NCBI GenBank assembly: GCA_041746255.1
Contig: JBGTHM010000126.1
Coordinates: 22,953-86,952 of the forward strand
Direction: 5' to 3'
Source: Fibrobacteria bacterium
GTDB taxonomy: Bacteria > Fibrobacterota > Fibrobacteria > UBA11236
Length of the DNA: 64,000 nt
Shown: in pieces, positions 20,019 through 29,991 of the stretch
Layout: each line of letters opens with the position of its first letter
Numbering within the stretch: the first letter of the stretch is position 1
Program-made: the position numbers and the translations under genes
The notes under the pieces: model-generated
Database searches by the model: none
The model's input: the letters and a program-made list of their open reading frames with translations, nothing else
Told to the model about the DNA's origin: nothing

Positions 20019-21467
20019 ATGCTTTTCAACTCCCTCGAATTCGCCTACTTCTTCCCCTTAGTGGTCCTGTTTTTTTTCGGGATACCCCACCGCTTCCGCT
20101 GGATGCTGCTGCTGGCAGCCAGCTATTACTTCTATATGTGCTGGAAGCCGGAATATGCCTTATTGCTGATGCTATCGACAGGTATTTCCTATGGTACCGG
20201 CATCCTGATGGGGCGTACCGAGGTGAAAGCGCGAAGGAAGGCGTACCTCATTACCAGCCTTGTAGGAAACCTGGGTATTCTTTTTTGGTTCAAATATGCC
20301 GACTTCGTAAACGAGTCCTTCCGTGCAACTTTTCAACACTTCAATATTTTCTACGGGGTTCCGGTATTTCACATCATATTACCCGTAGGTATCTCTTTTT
20401 TCGTTTTCCAATCCCTCAGCTATTCTTTCGATGTTTACCGTGGCCAGCGGGAATCTGAAAAGCACCTGGGGATTTTTGCCCTGTACGTTGCCTTTTTTCC
20501 GCAACTCGTGGCTGGGCCCATAGAAAGGTCCACTCGTTTACTTCCACAATTCTTCCAAAAACAAAACTTCGACTACCAACGCGTAACCGATGGCCTGAAG
20601 CTGATGCTATGGGGGCTTTTCAAAAAGGTCGTAATTGCCGATCGCCTGGCGGTGGTGGTGGACCATGTTTACAGCAACCCTGCCGGTCAAAGCGGATCGG
20701 CTCTCCTGATAGCCACATATTTCTTTGCCTTCCAGATATACTGCGATTTTTCAGGTTATTCCGATATGGCCATAGGCGGCGCCAAAATAATGGGTTTTGA
20801 TTTGATGAAAAATTTCAACCGTCCTTATGCCTCCCTGTCGGTTGCGGAGTTTTGGAGGCGATGGCATATATCGCTGTCGACTTGGTTCAAAGACTACCTG
20901 TACTTTCCGCTCGGCGGCAATCGCGTGGCCAAATCACGATGGTATGCGAATGTATTCGCGGTGTTCCTGGTAAGCGGCCTTTGGCATGGAGCCAATTGGA
21001 CCTATGTGATTTGGGGCGCGTTGCACGGCTTCTATCTCGTTTTTGCTTTGGCCAGTGAAAACATCCGGGCAAAGGCCGCTTCCCTACTCAACATGGAGAA
21101 ATTTCCCACCTTCCACAAAACCATCCGAATTTTCATCACCTTCCACCTCGTCCTGTTGGCCTGGGTGTTCTTTCGTGCCGATTCCCTATCTGACGCCATC
21201 TATATACTCACGCATATATTCGCGGATTTTTCTCAACCATTAGGCTCATTGGACCTGGGCATGTCCTCCCAAGGACTAATTCTTTCCCTTATGGTCATCC
21301 TTTTCATGGAGGCCGTGCATTTAGTGCAGGGGCGTCAGGGGAGCGTGATTTCGGCTTTATCCCGGAAACCGGTGGTGATTCGATGGGCCGTGTACCTATT
21401 TCTGACCTTATCCGTTCTGAACCTGAGAGTGGAGTATCAAGCTCCTTTCATTTATTTCCAGTTTTAA
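20019..21467 (+). CDS. algI: MBOAT O-acyltransferase (AlgI-like)
   Basis: MLFNS, LPVGISFF, FFPQLVAGPIER, QIYCDFSGYSD, FWRRWHISLS, GLWHGA, FIYFQF. Confidence 0.92.
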   Translation: MLFNSLEFAYFFPLVVLFFFGIPHRFRWMLLLAASYYFYMCWKPEYALLLMLSTGISYGTGILMGRTEVKARRKAYLITSLVGNLGILFWFKYADFVNESFRATFQHFNIFYGVPVFHIILPVGISFFVFQSLSYSFDVYRGQRESEKHLGIFALYVAFFPQLVAGPIERSTRLLPQFFQKQNFDYQRVTDGLKLMLWGLFKKVVIADRLAVVVDHVYSNPAGQSGSALLIATYFFAFQIYCDFSGYSDMAIGGAKIMGFDLMKNFNRPYASLSVAEFWRRWHISLSTWFKDYLYFPLGGNRVAKSRWYANVFAVFLVSGLWHGANWTYVIWGALHGFYLVFALASENIRAKAASLLNMEKFPTFHKTIRIFITFHLVLLAWVFFRADSLSDAIYILTHIFADFSQPLGSLDLGMSSQGLILSLMVILFMEAVHLVQGRQGSVISALSRKPVVIRWAVYLFLTLSVLNLRVEYQAPFIYFQF

Positions 21468-21473
21468 AGAGTT

Positions 21474-22511
21474 ATGAAATATTTTCTGGTAAAAAGCATA
21501 CTCTTCCTGGGCTTGGTACTGACCGGTCAAATACTTTTATCCTTGGAATATGGAGTGAAGCCCTTCCGGGTCGGCATTCCTGACGCACAAGGCTATACTC
21601 CGGATTCGCTCATTCTGGCCTTCCAGCAATTTTTCCAGCCCCACCCCACTCTCGGATTCACCTGGAAAGAAAACCTGGGTGCTGATCGCAATATCGATTT
21701 GCGTTGGGCCGATCAGGAAGAAGGCGCCGTGGTAACGGATAGGCAAGGGTTCATCAATTCGCCCTACGCCATCGAAGCCCGCGCAGAGGGGAAACCGATC
21801 CATATCATCGGGCTCGGATCCTCGTTCATGCAGGGGGCCGCCGCCATATTACACGATTTCTTCTGGGCCAAGGGGTCGTTCTATTACAATATGGCCACGC
21901 CTCGCCATACCCTGCCCCAATTCAATATCGTGCTCCGCGATTATGCCTTGGTGGAAAAGCCGGAGTGGATAGTCTACGACTTGAACGAAGCCAGTTTCAG
22001 TTTGATTGGTGACTATGAAAGCTGGTCGGAATCCGGTTTGGAATGGTTCACTTACCATTCGGGAACCTGGAGTGGGCCTCCCATTGAAACGAGCTTCGCT
22101 GCCAGGGTTCTGGAGAAACACCCTGCATTAAACGGGTTGGCTCAATCCATGCGGAGAAAAGTCGGATTTACCCCGACAATCGAAACCTTGAGCGATAAGG
22201 AAGCCGTTGATAAGGCCTATGCCTACATCTCCTCCGCCCATGCCTTGGCGCAAAAGGAAGGGATTAAATTCTTCGTTCTACTCATCCCCAGTAAAGACGT
22301 GGCGATTTACGGTAAATCCGAAAAATCGGCTTTATTGAATGCCACCCTCCCTCGCTTGCAAAATGCGGGAATTCCCGTGTTGGACTTACGGATTCCCTTT
22401 GCCACGGAAAACGATCCGCGCGCCTTGTATTATAAAATCGACGGTCATTGGAACTCCTACGGAATCTATAAAGCCGGCATGGCCATGGCCGATTTCATGG
22501 CCGAAAAATGA
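21474..22511 (+). CDS. SGNH/AlgJ-AlgX-like periplasmic O-acyltransferase
   Basis: N-terminal TM, GSSF block I, DGHWN; directly follows the MBOAT. Confidence 0.75.
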   Translation: MKYFLVKSILFLGLVLTGQILLSLEYGVKPFRVGIPDAQGYTPDSLILAFQQFFQPHPTLGFTWKENLGADRNIDLRWADQEEGAVVTDRQGFINSPYAIEARAEGKPIHIIGLGSSFMQGAAAILHDFFWAKGSFYYNMATPRHTLPQFNIVLRDYALVEKPEWIVYDLNEASFSLIGDYESWSESGLEWFTYHSGTWSGPPIETSFAARVLEKHPALNGLAQSMRRKVGFTPTIETLSDKEAVDKAYAYISSAHALAQKEGIKFFVLLIPSKDVAIYGKSEKSALLNATLPRLQNAGIPVLDLRIPFATENDPRALYYKIDGHWNSYGIYKAGMAMADFMAEK

Positions 22512-22576
22512 ACTGTTTCGGACTTCAACGAATATGATATACTTGCACCATGTACGAATAATAGAAAGGGACGAAA

Positions 22577-23386
22577 ATGGACGATTTATCCAAATGTCAA
22601 GCTGTGATACTTTGCGGGGGACAAGGCACCCGAATCCGCTCTGTAAGCGAGGATAAACCCAAGCCGCTTATCGATGTGGGTGGTAAGCCCATTCTTTGGC
22701 ACATTATGAAAATTTATTCCTTTTACGGAGTGCGGAAGTTCATCTTGTGTCTAGGTCACAAAGGCGATGCCATCATCGATTTTTTCGAGAACTACCATGC
22801 CTATAACCATGACTTTTCCATGAGCATCGGCAATAAGGATAAGAAATCATTCCATTACCCGGAAAAGTACAAGGACGGCGCCGACGTCAATGAATGGGAA
22901 ATCACCTTCGCATTAACCGGCGAAGAAACGCAAACCGGTGGTCGAATCCGGCGCATCGAACCGTATGTCAAGAACGACACGTTTTTCTGTACTTACGGTG
23001 ATGGCGTGTGTGATTCCGACTTGCGCCAGCTCCATGCATTCCACCTGGCCAAGGGCAAGATTGCAACTCTGACGGGAGTGCATTTGCCAACCACCTTCGG
23101 CATCGTGGAAGCCGATGATAAAGGGGACATATCCTCTTTCCGGGAAAAACCGGTGATGTCAGGACTTATCAACGGCGGGTTTTTCGCCTTCAACAAAGGT
23201 CTTTTCGATTACCTGGACGGAGACGATACCATTCTCGAAGGCAAGCCCTTCAAGAAACTGGTACGCGACCAACAAATCGGAATGTTCCGCCATGAAGGCT
23301 TTTGGCATTGCATGGATACTTACAAGGATTATCAGAACCTAAACCAGCTTTGGAAGGAAAATAAGGCCCCATGGAAAATCTGGTAG
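22577..23386 (+). CDS. rfbF: Glucose-1-phosphate cytidylyltransferase
   Basis: LCGGQGTR, KPKPL, QTGGRI, TYGDG, INGGFF, GFWHCMDT. Confidence 0.92.
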   Translation: MDDLSKCQAVILCGGQGTRIRSVSEDKPKPLIDVGGKPILWHIMKIYSFYGVRKFILCLGHKGDAIIDFFENYHAYNHDFSMSIGNKDKKSFHYPEKYKDGADVNEWEITFALTGEETQTGGRIRRIEPYVKNDTFFCTYGDGVCDSDLRQLHAFHLAKGKIATLTGVHLPTTFGIVEADDKGDISSFREKPVMSGLINGGFFAFNKGLFDYLDGDDTILEGKPFKKLVRDQQIGMFRHEGFWHCMDTYKDYQNLNQLWKENKAPWKIW

Positions 23387-23406
23387 GTCGCAAGCAGGAG
23401 TTCAAC

Positions 23407-24510
23407 ATGGAAAAACTATTTTCAGGCGTCTATAAAGGAAAGACCGTGATGGTAACCGGCCATACCGGTTTCAAAGGCTCTTGGCTAAGCATGTGGCTTT
23501 GTCGCATGGGCGCCAAGGTGGTGGGATTCTCCCTCGGGCCACCCACCGAACCCAGCCACCTTCCCTTGCTTAAGCTGGACATGGTTTCCTTAAACGGGGA
23601 TGTGAGGGATTTCTCAGCGGTGCAAAAGGCCATGCAAGCGCATAATCCCGAAATTGTCTTTCATCTGGCCGCCCAGCCTATTGTGCGCCTCTCCTACCAA
23701 CAACCCCTGGAAACCTACCATACCAACGTAATGGGAACCGCCAATGTGCTGGAAGCTTGCCGCGGCCAGGACTCGGTAAAGGCGATTGTATGTATCACCT
23801 CCGATAAGGTATACGACAACCAGGAATGGGCTTGGGGGTATCGGGAGAATGACCGATTGGGAGGATTCGATCCCTATAGCGCCTCCAAGGCTTGCGCCGA
23901 ATTGGTCATTGCCAGCTACCGTAATGCCTTCATGAATCTGAAAAATTATGGAAAAACCCATAATAAGCTCATCGCCTCGGTCCGTGCCGGCAATGTAATC
24001 GGCGGGGGTGATTGGGCTCCCGACAGGCTCATTCCCGATGCCGTACGCGCTGCCAGCCGTAAGGAAACCGTGGTCATACGCAATCCTTCGGCTACGCGCC
24101 CCTGGCAACACGTGCTCGAATGCCTTTCGGGTTATCTCGTCGTCGGCGAAAAGTTACTGAAGGGAGAATCCGCCATAGCCCGCGAATGGAATTTCGGTCC
24201 CTTGGAAGGCGGAATTTACAGCGTTGGTCATGTCGTCAAGGAATTGGGAGAATGCTGGTCGGATATTAAGCATGTGGTGGAATTGGATCCCAATAATCCC
24301 CATGAAGCTTTTTCCCTTACGCTGGATTCGTCATTTGCCACCATCAAGCTGGGATGGAAACCGGCTTGGCCTAACAGCCTCACTTTCTTGCGCACCATCG
24401 ATTGGTATCGCGAATATTACACGTCCGGAAAAGTTACCAGCCAAGCCAACCTTGAGGATTATGTGGCGTCCGCCCAGGAAGGTAAGATTCCATGGTCCAA
24501 AGTATCCTGA
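23407..24510 (+). CDS. rfbG: CDP-glucose 4,6-dehydratase
   Basis: TGHTGFKGSW, HLAAQPIV, TSDKVY, DPYSASK, RAGNVIGGGDW, RPWQHVLE; GGAG RBS before ATG 23407. Confidence 0.95.
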   Translation: MEKLFSGVYKGKTVMVTGHTGFKGSWLSMWLCRMGAKVVGFSLGPPTEPSHLPLLKLDMVSLNGDVRDFSAVQKAMQAHNPEIVFHLAAQPIVRLSYQQPLETYHTNVMGTANVLEACRGQDSVKAIVCITSDKVYDNQEWAWGYRENDRLGGFDPYSASKACAELVIASYRNAFMNLKNYGKTHNKLIASVRAGNVIGGGDWAPDRLIPDAVRAASRKETVVIRNPSATRPWQHVLECLSGYLVVGEKLLKGESAIAREWNFGPLEGGIYSVGHVVKELGECWSDIKHVVELDPNNPHEAFSLTLDSSFATIKLGWKPAWPNSLTFLRTIDWYREYYTSGKVTSQANLEDYVASAQEGKIPWSKVS

Positions 24511-25415
24511 TCACCGGAGCCAACGGTTTCGTCGGTGGGCATTTGGCCCGGGCTCTGGCCTCCAGTGGCACCCGATCCCTCCTATTGACGGGAAGGCAGG
24601 AAACCTACTCCCACGGAACCTTGCCCCCGGGATGTCAATACCTACAGGCCGATTTGGAAAACCCTTCCGAGGCGATGACAAGATCACGCTTCGATATCAT
24701 CATTCATCTGGCGGCGGCGCTCAGTACCCAGGACTCCTCAACCGCGCGTAGGGCGCTGATGGATGCCAACGTATCGTGCACGCTTTCCATGCTCGAATTG
24801 GCCCGGGAGCACGGAGCTTTTTTCGTTTTCCCCTCTTCCGGTTTGCTCTATGGCGACCAACCCGGTCCGCATCATGAGGATCTGCCTTTACTGCCCTTGA
24901 ATTTTTACACGTTTTCCAAGTTGATGGCGGAGCAGCTGATCGAACATTTTCACCGATATCATGCCGTAAAGGCTTTGGTCTTACGCGCTTCGCTCATTTA
25001 CGGTCCCGGCCAGGGTGGTGCGATGTTCATTCCTTCCATCGTCAAAGCCCTGGTCGACGGCGAAGAGTTTCCCATGACGGCCGGTCAACAAAAACGGGAT
25101 TTCATCTATATCGACGATCTCATAGCTGCCCTCGATTCGGCAATCTCCCAGCAATTGACCGGCACCTTCAACTTGGGGGGAGGAGTCGCTCCCACTTTAG
25201 CGGAAGTGGCGGAAATGGCGGGTCAAATCACCGGCAATTCCTCCAAACTCCGCATGGGAGCCATACCCTACCGTAAAGTCGAGTCGTGGGAATATTTTCT
25301 GCAAATCGGAAAATTACAAAAAGCACTGGGCTGGTCTCCGCGAGTGGATTTAAAAACGGGTTTGGAAAAAGTAGTCCAGTACGAAAAGGACAAAAGGCGG
25401 CGGCTTGGAAAATAG
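24492..25415 (+). CDS. Extended SDR nucleotide-sugar reductase/epimerase
   Basis: GANGFVG, HLAA, YTFSK, YGPGQ, RDFIYIDD. Confidence 0.85.
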   Translation: MVQSILITGANGFVGGHLARALASSGTRSLLLTGRQETYSHGTLPPGCQYLQADLENPSEAMTRSRFDIIIHLAAALSTQDSSTARRALMDANVSCTLSMLELAREHGAFFVFPSSGLLYGDQPGPHHEDLPLLPLNFYTFSKLMAEQLIEHFHRYHAVKALVLRASLIYGPGQGGAMFIPSIVKALVDGEEFPMTAGQQKRDFIYIDDLIAALDSAISQQLTGTFNLGGGVAPTLAEVAEMAGQITGNSSKLRMGAIPYRKVESWEYFLQIGKLQKALGWSPRVDLKTGLEKVVQYEKDKRRRLGK

Positions 25416-26256
25416 AGATTCTCTTCGAAAAGCCGTTATCCGGGCGATTACCGGCGTCCTAGTTCCTTTAGGAATCGCTTATGCTGGTACTACAGTCCCG
25501 TCCCTCGCGTGCGATTCCGTGCACGCGCTGGAGAGAATCAGGGCGGAAGAATACCCCCAGGCCTTGAAGGAATTGCCCAATTGCCAGACTTCGAATAATT
25601 ACTCCAAGTGGGTAGGACTTGCTTATCATGGTCTGCAAATCGCCGATTCCACCGTGCATTATTTGAGTTTGGCCCGGAAAAATAAACCCGTAGACGATAC
25701 CCTGAAATTATGCCTTGCCGAGGGGCTTTTCTGGCAGAAGAAAATTCGCGAAGGGTCCCGCCTTCTGGATGAGGTCAAGAATAAGCAAAGCCTCGCCTAT
25801 TTGAGGGTAGCTGCTACGCAATTGGAAATGCGTAATAAGTTCGGTCAAGCCATCAAAGTGCATGATCGCATTCTCGCTCAGGAACCAACCGCATCTGCTT
25901 CCATCTTCAAAAAAGCCATGCTGCTTTCTTGGATGAAGCGTCTGGACGAGTCTATACAGATCTATACAGGACTCATCGATTCGGAGGATGTGCCGGCTTC
26001 CATGAAAGTGAATAGCCGCATCCATCGGGCGGAAGTCATTGCCTGGAAAGGTGATTTTGTCCGTGCCCTCGCCGAACTGGATGAAGTGCTTAAGCTGGAC
26101 GCGAATAATATTCCAGCTCGGCTACAAAAGGGTGTAATTCACGAATGGCGCGGTGAGTTCAAAGAAGCCAAAAATATTTACCGGGACATCCTCCTGATTG
26201 AGCCGGAAAACCCGTCCGGCAAGGCTAAACTGGAAACGCTGTTATGGGTCAGGTAG
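25405..26256 (+). CDS. Exported TPR protein (paralog of 16850..17698)
   Basis: Collinear with the first TPR protein, e.g. RAEVIAWKGDF vs RAEVVSWKKDF. Confidence 0.8.
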   Translation: MENRDSLRKAVIRAITGVLVPLGIAYAGTTVPSLACDSVHALERIRAEEYPQALKELPNCQTSNNYSKWVGLAYHGLQIADSTVHYLSLARKNKPVDDTLKLCLAEGLFWQKKIREGSRLLDEVKNKQSLAYLRVAATQLEMRNKFGQAIKVHDRILAQEPTASASIFKKAMLLSWMKRLDESIQIYTGLIDSEDVPASMKVNSRIHRAEVIAWKGDFVRALAELDEVLKLDANNIPARLQKGVIHEWRGEFKEAKNIYRDILLIEPENPSGKAKLETLLWVR

Positions 26257-27785
26257 GTTTTTTCACCGGTACCAAAACCCTCAAGGTCAGTACCGCCGAT
26301 AAAATTATTTTTCTAATCCTAATTACCCTGGGAATACAGGCCGCGTTGTATTTCGCCGATTATTGGTTTCTCGGTGACCACCGGAAAAACCTCATACTCT
26401 TCCCCATCCTGAGCTACGCCATTTTCCGTGGTGTTTTCCGCAGCATCGCAAGTTGGTTCATATTCCTATTCGCCTCCATACCCAGTGAGCGGAAATCCAC
26501 AAGCAGCCGGACGGTAGATGTTCTCATGACAGCCATGCCGGGGGAGCCGCTGGAGATGTTCGCCACCACCTTACAAGCCATTTCTGAAATGCGACATCCG
26601 CATACCACTTATCTGCTGGACGGCGGAGATAGCCCTGAACTCAAGGACTTGTGCCATAAATTCGGAGCGCAACACGTCAATTGTGTCGGTATCGGTGGCG
26701 CCAAAGCAGGCAAGGTGAATCACTGTTTACGGAATTTCGCCAAAAGTGAAATCGTGCTGGTGCTCGATCCGGACCACATTCCCAAACCCGACTTCATTGA
26801 CAGGGTGCTTCCGCAATTCGAAGATGAAAAAGTGGGTTTCGTCCAAGTCGTACAGAGCTATTACAACATCCGGGAAAATTTCGTCGCGAGGGGAGCGGCG
26901 GAACAAACCTACGGATTCTACGGGCCCTTGATGATGGGTCTCAACGGTTTGGGCATACCCGTAGCCATAGGCGCCAATTGCACCTTCCGCAGGGCGGCGC
27001 TCGACAGCATCGGCGGTCACGCCGAATCGTTGGCCGAGGACGTCAACACCTCGCTTCGTCTGCATGCCCAGGGATGGAAAAGCGTCTACCTACCTTTTCG
27101 CGCCTCTTACGGATTGGTTCCCGCCGATTTGAAATCCTTCTACAGCCAACAATTGAAATGGGCGGCTGGGATGTTCCGGTTGTTCTTCGGCGAATATTTC
27201 AAGGTTTTCCCACGCTTGAACCTACAGGCCAAATTGAATTATTTATTTTCCGGCACCTTCTACCTGCACGGGTTAACATATTTTCTCACCATGGTTTTGC
27301 CCATAGTCTTTTTATTCGGACAAATCTACGCGGTGGAAATGAAATTCAGCGAGTTCCTCTATCACGCCCTGCCCTTTCTCTTGGTTGCGACCTCCATCAT
27401 TTATTTCGTGCAAAGGTGGTATTCAGACGAAGGGGAAAAAGGCTTTCCTTGGCGTTCCATGCTATTGGAGCGCGGAACCTGGCACATCTATTTTCTGGCT
27501 TTGATTTATACCCTCATAGGGAAAAAGGTATTGTATTTGCCCACTCCCAAAAAGGCGGGGAAGCAGGGCGGGCTCATTCTGGCCTTGCCCCATCTGGCGG
27601 TTATTCTTCTTTCCGGAGCCGCCATTGTATTCGCCCTGAACACTTACCACCGCATCGATGATGGCACCCGGCTGATGGTATTCTTCGCAAGCTTGAATAT
27701 CGTGACGCTCTTGCCCACGGTGTTTATCTGTCTTCAGGATTATCTCCCCCGAGCCACCAAAAGCGGAAACGGCGGGGTATCATGA
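26244..27785 (+). CDS. Processive GT2 cellulose-synthase-like glycosyltransferase
   Basis: LLDGG, AKAGKVN, LDPDH (DxD), AED, QQLKW; multiple TM helices; no evident PilZ domain. Confidence 0.9.
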   Translation: MGQVGFFTGTKTLKVSTADKIIFLILITLGIQAALYFADYWFLGDHRKNLILFPILSYAIFRGVFRSIASWFIFLFASIPSERKSTSSRTVDVLMTAMPGEPLEMFATTLQAISEMRHPHTTYLLDGGDSPELKDLCHKFGAQHVNCVGIGGAKAGKVNHCLRNFAKSEIVLVLDPDHIPKPDFIDRVLPQFEDEKVGFVQVVQSYYNIRENFVARGAAEQTYGFYGPLMMGLNGLGIPVAIGANCTFRRAALDSIGGHAESLAEDVNTSLRLHAQGWKSVYLPFRASYGLVPADLKSFYSQQLKWAAGMFRLFFGEYFKVFPRLNLQAKLNYLFSGTFYLHGLTYFLTMVLPIVFLFGQIYAVEMKFSEFLYHALPFLLVATSIIYFVQRWYSDEGEKGFPWRSMLLERGTWHIYFLALIYTLIGKKVLYLPTPKKAGKQGGLILALPHLAVILLSGAAIVFALNTYHRIDDGTRLMVFFASLNIVTLLPTVFICLQDYLPRATKSGNGGVS

Positions 27786-28849
27786 AAACTTTCCGTTACC
27801 TCCTACTGGGTTTGGCCTATGCCGTCGTATTGGGTCTATTGTATATCCATGTCGTTCCCCGCATAGAAGCCCGCGCCAAACATTTGACCTTCAATTATTT
27901 GATCAAAAACCTGGCGCATGACAAAAACGCCTTACTGAAGAACCAGTCCTTCCACTTGGGAATTTATCGTCCGGAACTGCCCTATCATTTCGACAAGGTG
28001 TTTGAAGTGGAAGATAGTTTGGGCGTCTCCCTTTCCATCATTTCCTATTACCAGGCCTGGGGAGAAGGTCCCGAGCATGAGCTGAACCGGGAGATTTTGG
28101 AAAACATCCATCGCGGCGGTTATACGCCGATGATTACCTGGGAGCCCTGGGTTTCCGCATTCCCACAATACCGTGGAATCGTGCCGGATTCCAGCTTGAC
28201 ATTCATCTCCCAGGGAGAATTCGACGACTACATACGAAGGTGGGCCCGCGAGGCGACCCGATACGGAAAGCCGATGCTGGTGCGCTACGCCCATGAATTT
28301 TCCAATCATTGGTACGGTTGGAGCAGTACCCGCGGAAACGACAGCGCCGCATTCATCGATGCCTGGAGGCATGTGCATGACATCTTCCAGGAGGAAGGGG
28401 CGCGAAACGTGGCTTTCGTCTGGAATCCCTTTTTACCGCAAGATACGGCGTATTATCCCGGAGCGGAATACGTCGATTGGGTCACCTTGGATATTTTCAA
28501 CTTTGGACCCATAGTTGAGGATGGTTATTGGCTGGACTTTTTCACCTTGGCCCGGACTTTGTATAACCCCATGCGTCAATTCGACAAACCCATACTAATC
28601 GCCGAAACAGGAAGCGTTCCAGCGGGTGGAAATAAAAATCATTGGTATCGGGACATGTTTCACTCACTGGCACAAGGGGACTTTCCCCTGGTAAAAGGCT
28701 TGGTGCTTTTTGACACCCCCCTGGCCAAGGCTCCCAACGGAATGGATGTCGACCTGTCCATGACCTCCGACGATGAGGTCTATGCGGCCATCAAGGAGCA
28801 TCCTTCCATGGAAAAGTTAGGGCTTAGACCCGTCAAGCGACGAGACTGA
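27782..28849 (+). CDS. Membrane-anchored glycoside hydrolase family 26
   Basis: TWEPW, RYAHEFS..WYGW (acid/base), YYPGAEYVDW, ILIAETG (nucleophile); ATGA overlap with the GT2. Confidence 0.88.
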   Translation: MKTFRYLLLGLAYAVVLGLLYIHVVPRIEARAKHLTFNYLIKNLAHDKNALLKNQSFHLGIYRPELPYHFDKVFEVEDSLGVSLSIISYYQAWGEGPEHELNREILENIHRGGYTPMITWEPWVSAFPQYRGIVPDSSLTFISQGEFDDYIRRWAREATRYGKPMLVRYAHEFSNHWYGWSSTRGNDSAAFIDAWRHVHDIFQEEGARNVAFVWNPFLPQDTAYYPGAEYVDWVTLDIFNFGPIVEDGYWLDFFTLARTLYNPMRQFDKPILIAETGSVPAGGNKNHWYRDMFHSLAQGDFPLVKGLVLFDTPLAKAPNGMDVDLSMTSDDEVYAAIKEHPSMEKLGLRPVKRRD

Positions 28850-28858
28850 CGTCACCCA

Positions 28859-29908
28859 TCAGCGCGATAAGCGCCAAGCCAATTTGTGTCCTGCCTGCAA
28901 GGGGATGATCTCTCCGCCGTTCACAAAAGGTAATGTAGAAGGTACTCTTGCTTCCTCGCGTTCGAGGCGAATTCGCCCCGGATTTCGCGCAAGTCGATAA
29001 AAGTCGGCGCCGAAGTGGGAGGCGAATCCTTCCAAGCGATCGAGTGCGCCCAGTTGCTCGAAGAGGGTCGCGTAAAGCTCGATTGCCACCGGTGCGCTAT
29101 AACAGCCGGCACACCCACAAGCCGATTCCTTGACGCTGCGGGCATGCGGTGCGGAATCCGTACCCAGGAAAAATTTGGGATTGCCACTGATGGCCGCCTT
29201 CTGCAAGGCGATTTGATGAGCGCGCGCTTTTAAAATCGGGAGGCAATAGAGATGCGGCCGAATACCTCCCACCAACATGTCATTACGATTGAACAGCAAA
29301 TGCTGAGGCGTGATTGTGGCTGCGATATGGGCAGGCGCATTGCGTACGAAATCTACAGCGTTTTCCGTGGTGATATGTTCGAATACAATTCTTAACTTCG
29401 GGAACCGATTCAGGATTGGCTGTAAATGCCGTTCTATGAAAACCGCTTCCCGGTCGAAGATATCGATTTCAAAGTCGGTCACTTCCCCATGCACCAAAAG
29501 CGGAACATCCTGCTCTTCCATTGCTGCCACCACGGGGTAAAGTGCGGTCAAGTCCTGCACGCCGGCAGCGGAATTGGTGGTCGCTCCCGCCGGGTAGAGC
29601 TTGTAGGAATGGATGATGGGGTTAGCTGCCGCCGCCTTGATGTCCGAAGGACGGGTTTTATCCGTAAGATACAGGCTCATCAAAGGCTTGAATGCTTGGC
29701 CTTTCGGGACGTGCGTAAGAATGCGTTCGCGATAGCCTTCCGCTTCCGCAACCGTTGCCACGGGTGGGGATAGATTGGGCATGACCACGGCGCGCGCGAA
29801 ACATCGGCTGGTAGCCGGGACGGTATAGGTCAAAGCATCTCCATCCCTCAAATGAAGATGCCAATCGTCGGGGGTGCCGATTTCAAGAATCTGGGTGGTT
29901 TCGCTCAT
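28859..29908 (-). CDS. pyrC: Dihydroorotase
   Basis: [30 protein letters not shown]. Confidence 0.97.
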   Translation of the reverse strand: MSETTQILEIGTPDDWHLHLRDGDALTYTVPATSRCFARAVVMPNLSPPVATVAEAEGYRERILTHVPKGQAFKPLMSLYLTDKTRPSDIKAAAANPIIHSYKLYPAGATTNSAAGVQDLTALYPVVAAMEEQDVPLLVHGEVTDFEIDIFDREAVFIERHLQPILNRFPKLRIVFEHITTENAVDFVRNAPAHIAATITPQHLLFNRNDMLVGGIRPHLYCLPILKARAHQIALQKAAISGNPKFFLGTDSAPHARSVKESACGCAGCYSAPVAIELYATLFEQLGALDRLEGFASHFGADFYRLARNPGRIRLEREEARVPSTLPFVNGGEIIPLQAGHKLAWRLSR

Positions 29909-29991
29909 GCTTTTAGGGCCTAAATGCCCTACTCCTGCCGGGAAAGGTAATATTTCCAGGAAGTTCCCGAGAGAGCTACCCCATTACAGTG

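Noticed and set aside
22535..22543. Extended -10 (TGATATACT) internal promoter before rfbF
   Set aside because: Plausible but a single short motif with no convincing -35
22577..25415. O-antigen 3,6-dideoxyhexose locus
   Set aside because: No ddhC/ddhD, wzx/wzy or O-antigen transferases in the window, though they could lie elsewhere
26244..28849. Canonical bcsA-bcsZ cellulose operon
   Set aside because: No evident PilZ or BcsB, and the hydrolase has GH26 rather than GH8 motifs
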